Source: Balanoglossus misakiensis
Lineage: Eukaryota; Animalia; Hemichordata
Length of the DNA: 64,000 nucleotides
NCBI GenBank assembly: GCA_040954595.2
Contig: CM082586.2
Location: forward strand, 7,719,337 to 7,783,336
Direction of reading: 5' to 3'
The notes below the pieces were generated by a model. The model had not been told where the DNA came from. It did no database searches and saw nothing but the letters and a program-made list of their open reading frames with translations. Below, one piece after another: positions 43,601 through 54,643 of this stretch. Made by a program: the position numbers and the translations under genes. Each line of letters begins with the position of its first letter. Within the stretch, counting starts at the first letter, position 1.

Positions 43601-45929
43601 ACATTGATGAAGCAACTGAACAATGGTGCAAGAGAAAAGCAAGCCAGGAAATGGCACCAACAAGGTTGGGAGGTTCCGGAAAAATCACCAGCCATTACTA
43701 CTATCCATTTGACAAATATATCCATATTGATGAGCAAGATTTCACAAGATCAAAGAAGCCATTTTCGGAAAATGTTTGATTCATTTCTGGATGAGGAACC
43801 ATCAACAGCCTTGATGTCTGAGGAAGATTTGGCAGAGATAAAGAATCCGGACACAGGTAAACCACAGGAAAGCCACCAGTCAAATCCTACGATCCCAGTT
43901 CCAATGTATGAAACAGAGGCAGAGATACTGGAAACCAATATTTTACCAGAGGCCTGGGACTTGCACGTCCACCACGACCGCTCAAGAAGATTCTTGTTTG
44001 GGAAGGTATGGAAAGTATCATCGTTTGAATTATTACGAGCACCAGATTTACCACTATGCCAAAACACCAGGTGCAATCTATTCATGCCATGGAAGTTTAC
44101 AGTGAGCCGGACCATTATCCAACTGACCTCAACAGGAGTGAAAACTGGAAGATCGCACTGGGAGTACACCCGAAAGTTGTCCAGCGGTTGACTGAGGAGG
44201 GACTCCGAAAGCTGGGAGAATTAATCCTGCTCCCCGAAGTGTTATGAAAAAAGAAAATGCATTTTATCATAATGTACTGCCCCAGACTTTATGCAAACCT
44301 CGCAGAAATTTACTCCCAGTCGGCATGAACAAAAACCCGACCAGAGATAAAATCATCACCTTATTTTCAACAAGGAACCCCAATATTCTTTTTTAACTAT
44401 CTGTTTACATTTAGCCTTTTTAAAGAGAAGAGAATATTTGAACTCACATTCTATTTACTTTTGCTTCACAAACGTTTCTTTGCTTGTATGATTTTGTTAA
44501 ACCTAACTCACGTGACCAACCTTTTGGTATAGTGACCCTTTCCATGACAAATTACTTATTATAAGTCATGGATGAAAACAAAGGAAAATAGACTATTAAG
44601 TCATAGAGACGCGATTTTTTAGTAATGGGAACTTTCATTGTTTTCTTAATAGGTTAAGTTAAACAATTGTGCCAAGACTTTGATAAACTGACTGGATCAT
44701 TCATACATTTTGATGAAACTGTTGAAGCCAACCTGGACAGGCCAGAGGATAGCCTCAACAAAATGAATATGTTTAAGTGAGTATTAAAATGTAAATAACA
44801 AACAACTATTCAATCTGAGATTCAGATGAAACGAGTGGGTAAAATTGGAAGGGAGAACCATACATTTACCTTGTGACTTCAGAATTCCCAAGGGTAGAAA
44901 GCCCATCCCCACTCATGATCTTCCATTTTGTAATAATAATAAAAATTATTTTTAACAGGGAGACCTTGAGTGACCTGTCCAAAAGGCTGAAGGGTGCATG
45001 CCATGAGGCAGATTTGGTCACTCATGGCATGACCAGTGCAGTTATTAGCACAGTTTCACAGTTGTTGTATGATGCTGCAGACTGTGAAAGGAAGGCATGT
45101 CTTGAAGTCCTGGTAAGTGTTAAGTTCACATGTAATGTATTTAAATGATTACGACGATAGTTTTTTTTTGCTGTGCTTAAATCTGTGGAATACTTGTGTC
45201 AATTTAGGGGTTAATTAAATTGAGCCAATTCCCTCTTTATGAGGAGTAGGATATACATTAGCTGTAGGATATATACAGGTTTTGTTGCTCTAGACCTCTA
45301 TGCCAGATGACACCCTGATCAATGTGTTCCACACCAATACAAAATACACCTGTATTTTGAGCATTTGAAAGTGTCACATTTATCCACTGTGCAATAGAGA
45401 ATAAGCATGTTTTTGTTGTCTTTTATGTGCGTATACAGTGCTTGGTGTAGTCGCAGCAATGCATTTTGGGATAATTGACAAATTACTATTACTGACTAAT
45501 TATTGTCACACTTTACATTCTGTAGACTTCCAAGAGAGGGAACGAAAGCAAAGGGTCAGCGGATCTCCCGCAGGGATTGTAGGGAGAATCAAACTTTGCT
45601 GCCAGTCGCAGGTTCGGTTTGAGGTCGCTGCCTGCAAAGTCACCGACAGCGCCGCGATCTTCGATGTCCGTGCCTCCTTCCCCGGCAACATCAGGAGAAG
45701 CTCATGTGTAAGGAAAATTCTAGACTACTAATAAAATATGTTGATACTGTTTGACCAATATTTTAATGTCAATGGCCATTCAAATGGGACCACAGTGTCC
45801 TTGACGCTATTTTTCAACCATGAAATTGTCAGCAGTTAGATTTTGGAAGGGCCCAAGTAGAGTGTGGACCTGTGTTCATTCATTTACAAAGAAGTTTGGC
45901 CCCGCCAGAAAATTATGTGGTAAAGACAA

Positions 45930-46205
45930 ATTTCTTTTAGTTCTGGGGTTACTGCATAGGGATTTGGCCAAAAGAATTTGGCATTTCAAAGGCTAGTGTG
46001 AGTAATATTTGTGTAACTTGGATAGGGTTTCTTGCAAGGGAGTTAAAATCAATGAAAGATGTAGTTCTTCAGCATCTACCCTAAAAATTCTCCTCTGAGT
46101 TGCAATTTAGACGTTGTTGTCACATAAACGACTGTACTGAATTGTTAATTGAGACACCAGGCATCAGATTACAAGCATGGTCAGACTACAAGCACCACCA
46201 AACAG
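45930..46205 (+). pseudogene. ISL2EU/IS4EU-type (DDE_Tnp_4, Harbinger-related) transposase fragment
   Basis: HTH DLAKRFGISKASVSNICVTWIGFLARELK (one frameshift), followed by INDCTELLIETPG..QAWSDYKHHQT, matching IIDCTE..IE.P....Q..WS.YKHHNT. Confidence 0.72.
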
Positions 46206-46562
46206 GCAATCCGCACCCATTGATAAAGAATCTGGTCGTCCCATTTGCATTGGATATAACAAAGGAAACTGCAAATGGGGACAAACATATCTTGACAACA
46301 AATTTTCGACTGCGGTAGAAAGTAAGTAAGCCCAATTCAAGAGGAAGCTGAGTTTAGACATTTCAGTGGCCATTGGCAACACCACCAAGAAGTCGAGGGT
46401 CAAACAAGTGCGAATTATAGAAGCTGGGCAACAAGCAACAGTTCGAACAACAAGAAAAGTTGCTGGGCAGCTTGGAAGTCACAAACGATGCAGTCACCAC
46501 ATGCGCTAGAGAAAAAGCCAAGAAATCACTTAAATAAGGTATTGGGCTTGTTAGTGAATTTG

Positions 46563-47345
46563 ATGAACAACTGGTGGAAAAAATAATAAGAAAACCGAAA
46601 TTAAACGTATACAGAAAAACATTACTGAAACCAAACTTTTATTCATTGATGAAATATCGATGTTGTCTGCAAAACTCTTCTTGGAGGTAAGAATCTCTGG
46701 ATGAAAAACATGTTGGTTCATCGAGTTGACCGAGTTTAACAAAGTGAAATTTTGAATTGCCAAAATGTAAAACATTTCAAGCATCAGATTGATTTTTGAT
46801 AGAACATACCCCAAGAAAGATGTAAAGAAGATGTGTCAGTTGAATCTTCTTCAAGGCGTAAAAAGAAACGTTGTCCAAGGAAGAGTATTAAGAAAGTGAA
46901 AGACAACTGAAAAGGGTGGAAAAAGGCAAAGCAAGTTTGCCCTGGGGAAGGATGTTCTGCCTCTGTCGTCTAATCCACATGCACAACTATGAAATGCATG
47001 GAGAAAGAGGTTGCAACAAAAAAACAATGAGGATAGGTCTTCACTGATAGTGCCTGTGTGATTGTACCAATGGCATTGTCAAGCTGTCGGATTGACAAAC
47101 AACTCCCTTGACTTTGAGTTTGCACGGATTCTAGAAGCCAGCTGTACAAGAACGCAATTACAGCATCAGTGCAGGAATGTAGGAAGAGCGCTACAAAAAA
47201 AGAGGGACCACTGACATCTGAACAAGGGTTTATAAAACCCTAACAATAACTGAAGAAGGAGAAACTGCATCAACTTCAGACTAGGAAAGTGAAGAAATAA
47301 AAACTGGCGACACTGCAGTCATCAACTTCAGAACCATCAACAGGC
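46563..47345 (+). repeat. Older, diverged partial copy of the first part of the tandem recombinase unit
   Basis: Matches 49620-50430 (GAACTGGTGGAAAAAATAAT..., CAAGAAAGATGTAAAGAAGA..., CAACTCCCTTGACTTTGAGTTTGCACGGATTCTAGAAGCC). Confidence 0.8.
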
Positions 47346-50300
47346 AACTACTTTTCACCGAATCTATTCATTGTATTGATATTAAATTTTTTGAAATTTT
47401 ATTTGACAATGTGTAATTTTTATGATGAATAATGAATAAATGTCAAATTATTTAATTATTAAATTGATTTTGTTGTTACAAGCATTATTATTATAGACCG
47501 TATTAAAAGATTATTAGCAGCAATAATATTTTATTTGTCTTTCATATTTCTTTGAGAGACAAAGGTGACATTGACGCGTGCTCTCAAGGGTGTAATTGTT
47601 GCTTATCCATCAAGTTCAGCTCAGATTTCAGCTGACCCAGTATCTGTGCTGGCAGACATAACTTTTGGAGTGTCAGCCAAGAAGTGCTGGAGAAGGATGG
47701 GGAGGGAGGTGTTATTTGTACAAAGCAGAAACAACTGTGTGAGCATCTGATCAAAGAGTTTACATCGCCAGGATTGTTTATATGCGGAGAGAGAGAGAGG
47801 AATGTATACTTGTTCCTGAAGAAGCCCTGGCACAGTTTCAGCTTGTGGTGGACACGGCCCTGGAGATACGGTATCCGGAGTATTTGAAGTATATAGCTAT
47901 GTTGAGAGCTTTGCGCAAGGAACGTCAGTCTCCAGCAATGGTCAGCATGGTATTGGCATTAGTTTGTTCCAAGGAACAACGCTGAAGTGATGAAGATGAT
48001 CGCTTAGATATGAAATTATGAAAACTGCCCCTGTTAAGTGTTATTCCAAAACGATTCTTCATGCGCATGAAATAGTCTTTTCGTAAAAACTCCCAAATAC
48101 AGTTGAAATTTGATATATTATAGTTAAAAATATCTTGAGTATTGACAAGCTGTCAGGAAGTTAAACCAGGGAGGACTGAAGAGTTGACGAATGCAACACA
48201 AAGCGAAAAAGACAGTGGTTGCAGAAATGGATTTCCATGGAGTCAGGCTGATCCTCTAAGGAAGGGGTGGATATATGGCGGGTGGGGGCACAGAGTGTCA
48301 GTTTTGAACCTCTCACATACCTGTGGCACTAGTTCAAGGAAGGGCAGAGAAGGAAGAGGACGATGACAGCAACATTGATGCAGCAACAGAACAATCAGGT
48401 GCAAGAGAAAAGCAAGCCAGGAAATGGCACCAACAAGGTAGGTTCCGGAAAAATCATACTCAAGCCACCAAACTCACCAGTCGTTCCTATCCATTGGACG
48501 ATTAGACTATTTTGATAAGCAAGATTTCACAAGATCAAAGAAGCCAGTTTCGGAAAAATGTTTGATTCATTTCTGGATGAGGAACCATCAACAGCCATGA
48601 TGTCTGAGTGATATTCGGCAGAGATAGAGAATCTGGATCAGACCAACAGTGAGGACACAGGTAAACCACAGGAAAGCCACCAGTCAAATGCTACGATCCC
48701 AGTTCCAATGTATCAAATGGAGGCAGAGATACTTCATGCAACACCTCGCAGAGATTTACTCCCAGTCGGCATGAACGAAAACCCGACCAGAGATAAAATC
48801 ATCACCTTATTTTCTTAGTATCTTAGCACATTTATGTGGCAGTGGCAATAAATGCATTAGAATACGTGTCATAACATCCGTTGCATGAATCAAAGATGGC
48901 TGAAATGTTGGCAGATTCTCCCTAGATGTGCGTGGCCTGTGGTACACTGTTAGACGACAAACACTATAGTTTGGTACACGGTTGTAGTAACGCTGACATC
49001 GACATTTCACACTGTTTGCAAGAGTGGGGAGACGTTTGCCTTTCTGCTGAGAATAAAGACCAGGCCATTTGCTCAAAGTGTAATTATAAACTTGATCCAT
49101 GAAAAGAATTCTGAGTTCAAGTCTATTTGCAATCATAGTAGTAGGTTCGAAACCTTTTATATTAGCCGTACTTTGATGGATGAATACCTGTTATTTTGTT
49201 TCAAGTTAATTTTAAATTTAAGCAATTGAAATGCGGGTAGATGTATATGTAAAAATCTCTCAAAAGCAGGAAAATATAATTTACCATTGCGGTTTCATTG
49301 CATAATAACTGTTTTGTTTCAATTACACTCAGTGTACATGAAAGAATTATTTTCAAATGAAAACAATCTGCTGGTATTCTTCTTTCTCTACTATATTAAT
49401 TGAAAAATAAGACTAGCACAGCACAATATTAATTTTACAAAGCCAATGCATTATACTTAAGTAAAGTGTGATGAAAACTAAATAAACCATTTCTTAGTAT
49501 CTGCTTATAGTCATAACATTTCTAATTCTTCTTCAGGAGTCACATATACAAATGTGACTACCAGCACAACACATCGGCCAATATTCCCCAAACCAACTGG
49601 CCCCAATGTTTGCAGCACGAAGAACTGGTGGAAAAAATAATGAAGGAAACCGAAATGAAACGTATACAGAAAAACATTACTGAAACCAAACTTGATGAAA
49701 TATCAATGTTGTCTGCAAAACTCTTCTTGGAGGTAAGAAACTCTGAACGAAAAATAACATGTGGTTCACTGGTTGACTGAGTTTTACAAACTGAAATTTT
49801 TAATTGCCAATGTAAAACATTTCAAGCAAACGTCAATACTTTTCTTGCATCAGATTTTTGATCCTTGATACAACACACCCCAAGAAAGATGTAAAGAAGA
49901 AGTGTCAGTTGAATCTTCGTCAAGGCGTAACAAGAAAGGGTGTCCGAGGAAGAGTATTAAGAAAGTGAAAGACAGCTGAAAAGGGTGGACAAAGGCAAAG
50001 TTTACTCTGGGAAGGGATGTTCTGCCTCTGTCGTCTAATCCACATGCACAACTATGAAATGCATGCCCTCATCAAGGAGAAAGAGGTTGCAACAAAAACA
50101 CAACGGGGGATAGGTTTTCACAGAGAGTGCCTGTACGATATTGCAATGGCATTGTCATGTGGATTGACAGACAACTCCCTTGACTTTGAGTTTACACGGA
50201 TTCTAGAAGCCACCTGTACAAGAACGCAATTACAGCATCAGTGGAGGAATGTAGGAAGAGAGCTGCAAAAAAGAAAGGTCCAAGAGCCAGCCTGAAGAAA

Positions 50301-51072
50301 GTGGTGACATCCAAACAAGGGTTCATAAAACCTAATCACCAAGTAAAGTAGGACAAACTGCATTAACTTCAGACTCGGAAAATGAAGAAACAGCAACTTG
50401 GGGGACACTACAGAACCAACAACAGACAACTCACTAAATGAAGATACACCAACTGCAGAGACAGTAACAGGGTCACGACAATGGCGACTGCGAGCAAGTT
50501 GTCCAGTGTGCTTGATCCTGACATCCACAATTTTTTCGTGGGAGGCAAGCGTTCTCAGAGTACCAAGATAAGATGATTGAAGACATATTCTGAAAACATT
50601 GCAAGAGCCCATGTATTTGTGGTAAGGCAGCGTGACAGTCCTCTGAAAGCTGCCATACACAGAATCACCGTGAAAAAATACCCAGTATATGACTGAGTCA
50701 GGGCTTCCATTAGAAAGAAACAGAAGCAGAAGCTTTAACTGTTTAACTGTTGGCATTAACCTGATGACATATTGCCGCCCCTCTGTTATGGAATAACCTT
50801 CCAATTGATGTTCACTTCTCTGATAGCCTTCTCTCATTATGCATATTGCCAGAAGGCCAAATTAATATCCTTTCCACTATGAGGCTCAGCAAATGAAATT
50901 TTATTTTTAATTTTAAATGTCACGAATGTTCCCCTTTTTGAAGTTTTGGAAGATCATCTTATCAACAAGTTCAAATAGAGTATGTAATACCTAAAATTGA
51001 AAATACTTTGAAAACATAACAGAGAGAGGTATTTGAATCGCTACATGGAAATCACATCAAAAGAAAACAATC

Positions 51073-51283
51073 GGTGACGGTAGATGTGACTGTCCCAGAT
51101 ACAATGTTAAGTATAGCTCATATTCAATGACGTATTCTGTGTCAAAGAAAGTTGTTGATTTTTCAGTTGTACAAGTGAGTGAGGTTTCTTCATCTGTTGC
51201 CATGGAGAAAGAAGGCTTCCAGCGAGTCGTGGAAAATATGGCTGCCTATGGTGTTGAACCAAACACAGTCGCTATTAACAGAA
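51073..51283 (+). pseudogene. Kolobok-type DDE transposase fragment within each unit (also ~56753-56965 and ~61994-62205)
   Basis: GDGRCDCPRYNVKYSSYSMTYSVSKKVVDFSVVQVSEVSSSVAMEKEGFQRVVENMAAYGVEPNTVAINR resembles the Kolobok pattern GDGRCDSPG..AKY..Y.......IVDF..VQ..E..SS..MEKEG..R.......TDRH. Confidence 0.7.
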
Positions 51284-51539
51284 GTGTTTGAATTACAAGG
51301 GAGGGATGCAGGAGAATGTGTTAGCCAGTTAGGAAACGCCATATTAGACATAAATAACCCCATGAACTGGCTATTATGGACCATCCATGAAAATATAAAA
51401 TGTGATTATGACCTGAGGACAGCATTTGTATGAGGTTGGGGTCTTGTCTACCTCTTACCGGTAGACATCTCTGCTGCAGTGAGAGGCAAATGTAAGAAGT
51501 TAATTAAGCCCACCGCGGAAAGGACCAGGGGTGGTGTCA

Positions 51540-51650
51540 AGAAATTAATCACTGATTCAGTACACAATAGTCACAACGTATTAATTCTTGGCCAGGCAGG
51601 AACAGGCAAAACCCATTTATTTAAGAAAATCTTAAAGCTGCACAGTTGAT
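51540..51650 (+). pseudogene. PIF1-like SF1 helicase N-terminal/Walker A fragment within each unit (also ~57220-57325 and ~62460-62570)
   Basis: KLITDSVHNSHNVLILGQAGTGKTHLFKKI; no downstream helicase motifs follow. Confidence 0.6.
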
Positions 51651-51839
51651 GGCAAATACCATTTTGGGTATATTTGTATTTTGTGAAATAAACATTGATA
51701 TACAAACCTTTAACATGAAAATAATTGCCCTACCGATGGACTCGGGTCAAATTTACTCATATAACAATATAAGCTTCATAGAAAAAGTCCGATGGTAAAC
51801 AACATGTTTACATGAACCGCCGATACTACACGGAAACTG

Positions 51840-51931
51840 TGACGTCACAATCACGAGACCAGCGTGAATTGGAGACGTGAGGACGTGGCTTCATTCACGC
51901 GCATGTGCATGCTGTCAACATGGAGGTGAGT
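51840..51931 (+). promoter_or_regulatory. Candidate promoter and ATG mini-exon of the recombinase gene, repeated in each unit
   Basis: TGACGTCA palindrome (51840-51847), then CAACATGGAG|GTGAGT (ATG 51920). A matching acceptor TTTTTCAG|ACG at 52636 opens the acidic exon TSSDADYSP...DEDEEEVEEV. Confidence 0.5.
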
Positions 51932-52886
51932 GTTCATGAATAAACATGAAAAAGTTTTATACTATACGTATCTTTTGTTTACTCTTAGGATATCTAGTTT
52001 CAGGGTGATCTCTCTTTTTTTTTGTTTTATGAGACTGGTTGTCGTAAGCGGAGGCATATTTTGGTGATTGGAAGAACAACTTGACGATAAAAATCGTTGA
52101 TACACGTGTACGTTATTAGCTAGATGCATGTCTGCGGATTTCTAACACTGGGAACTGTAATCGTTTGGTCTGTATTCGTAATAGAAAAGTGTTCTTTTTT
52201 AGCTTTCAGATGGTTTACGAACAAGTCCGCTTTGCATTTGTTCATGAAAATATCAACAACGGTATCGTGTTGACAAAAGAGCCGAATACCATGGGGAAAT
52301 CACGAGGGGCCGGGAGGGATTGTATATATTACCGTGAATTACATGCATGTCAAAACATATATACAAATTGCACCTCTACCGACATGATGTACTGGTATAA
52401 GGATATTTGTGCCATGAAAGTTACGAAACCAAGACATAAATGATATTTTTGGCGAATTTCGACGCCCAAGTAACAAAAATATATACCTAAGGAGTCATAT
52501 TCAGGACATGTTTTATGTATATCAAAACAAAAGCTTATGTACTAATGCTAGTGCAGGGCCTGAGTGTAGGGTTGGTTTTATTTTCAAAATAACAGGAAAT
52601 TAGTAATTATATGTGTAGAATTTGCTTGTTTTTCAGACGAGTTCTGACGCGGACTATAGTCCAACTCAGGAAAGGTCCTGCATTCAAAGAGGTAAAAAAA
52701 AGGTTGTGGTCGTGGACGAGGACGAGGAAGAGGTAGAGGAAGTCAGAGAGGACCAGAATTTGGAGGAGAAATTGTGCCAGAAGAAAGAAACATAAGACTT
52801 AGAGTGAGGGAAAGGGGCTGACGGCCACTACTGGCATTGCGGCAAGTCTCCTACCTAGCAGGAAAACCATCCACCTTTTCATTGCA

Positions 52887-54643
52887 TTGATGGACGGTCA
52901 ATACACCGATCAAGAACTGGAGAACGATGGGGTGGGAACTGTGATTTGTGATACAAACCCAAAAGAACACAGGCCCGGAAGCTGAACAAGGCAGGACCGG
53001 CAGGGCATAAGGGAGAGAAGAAACCAATCCCCTGAAAGCCCCCAGCAGGCCCCAGTTAGGGAAATCATCCCTGTAATCAGGGAGTCATCAGGAGACAAGG
53101 ATTATATACTACCACCTAGGCGATACCGGCGTATCATTCCCCCAGCCGAGAGTGACGAGGGTGAGGTTGAAAATGTGACTGACATTTTGGATACATTTGA
53201 GGCCCACCTGTTGACAGCAGATAGAGGGAGCCGAACGCAAACTTCGGCAAAACAAAACAGGTCACAAGTAGGCCGCCTTTTCCAGTCATTGGGGTCCCTG
53301 GAAGCAGTAGGGGATAGAAATAAAGTTCTGAATTTCATTGAAAAGACCCCAAATCTTAAAGCTAGTTCTGTAAGGAGCTATCTCTTTTCATTCGGTATGT
53401 TTTACAACTTTTGCTCATGCCGCAGTACCCCACCTCTCCTCCCAGGCAAAGCGGATCTGATGCAGAGATTAGTCTTGAAATGGGCTACTAGTTACAGAAA
53501 AGAGGTACATCAAAGGTCTGCAGAATTCCAATCACAAGTGGTGCACCAGCTGATAACTGCTGCCAAATTTAGAGACTTTGAGAACAGCAAAACGGCAAGA
53601 GATGCATACAAGATTATTGCATCTGCTGGGAAGAAAAGCAAAGTTACAAAGTTACCGAAGTGGAATTTAAAACTGCAAATGGATACATACTGGTCTGCAT
53701 AGCCCTGGATTCTGCCCAAAGATCGGGAGCTCTGCGCAATGTTACAATCCGCGACTTCAATAAAGCGGTTAAAACTGACAACGGTCATGTTGTTTTGGTC
53801 GCAGAACATAAAACGGCCAGCTCCCATGGCGTGGCACGTTTGGTATTTACCAGGCAACTCTACAGAATAACATCGCTCATGATTAGAGACGTGTTTCCTA
53901 AAACACCAGGTGGGAATAAACCCACAAGGAGACTTTTCTTGAATTATTGTGGAGAGCAGCTGAGTAGCTCTACTTCCGCCGAATTCTTGGCTGATTCCTG
54001 GCGTAAATCAGGAGTTTCTAAAAAGAAACTGACAAGTACAATTTGTAGAAAGAGCATGGTTACCATGGTTTTCAGACAGCAAGCCCGAGCTATCAAAGAA
54101 ACTGGCTAGCCATATGAGCCACAGGGAGACGACCCAGTCATCCTATTATAGGATTGCTGGAGCTGTGAAGGAAAGTTCCAATGTTATGCAGGAAACTAGA
54201 AAAATTAGAGATGGCTTAACATCAAACAGTAATAAAAAAGATGAAATTGATCCATCAGAACCAAAGGATATTGAACAGGAGCAAGTAGAGCCAATGGACA
54301 TTGGGGAGGATGATACACCTACATTGTATAGATCCTCTGGAAATTGTGGATGCTGAATCCATATATGCACCCTCCACTACCGAGCAGTCACACGTCTTCT
54401 CTGGAAGACAAAGCTTTTCAAGTTGAAATGATAGAAGTAAGATTTAGAAAAAACATCTTGGAGAAAAGTGTAACTGCTGCCCAGGTTAGGCCAGTAATGG
54501 AGAATGACCAAGATTTTAAGGGCAGTTTAAACGGTTATACGGTCAAGCAAATTGTAGACAGAATCCGGTGTAGTTTTAGAAAAAATAAGAGTAAACCGCT
54601 ATTCAAGGCACTCATTTCCCGGTGTAGTTTTAGAAAAAAGTAA
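52887..54643 (+). pseudogene. Tyrosine recombinase, unit 1 (frameshifted)
   Basis: ORF pieces 53175-53702, 53660-54109, 54114-54356 and 54344-54643 together match the unit 2 protein. Lesions include an 8-nt duplication AAAGTTAC (~53640-53656), a +1 insertion (~54071) and a stop (~52983). Confidence 0.85.

Larger units (their letters stand above)
41280..48810 (+). mobile_element. Three rearranged copies of a degenerate transposase-like segment (NOF-FB/Mutator-like C-terminal region) with Cys-rich fragments
   Basis: YTRYLPILPLWSGLMLGDLSRY...NALVETWMKIVKDQIL...QPGRFVR at ~41400-41700 and ~43290-43540. Shared downstream blocks at 41700-41990, 43580-43920, 48320-48730; EKDSGCRNGFPWSQADP at ~42925 and ~48205. 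The family assignment is tentative. Confidence 0.5.

Noticed and set aside
50238-50837. 199-aa minus-strand ORF repeated at 55916-56434
   Set aside because: No recognisable motif; it is antisense to + strand remnants and is conserved only because the unit is duplicated.
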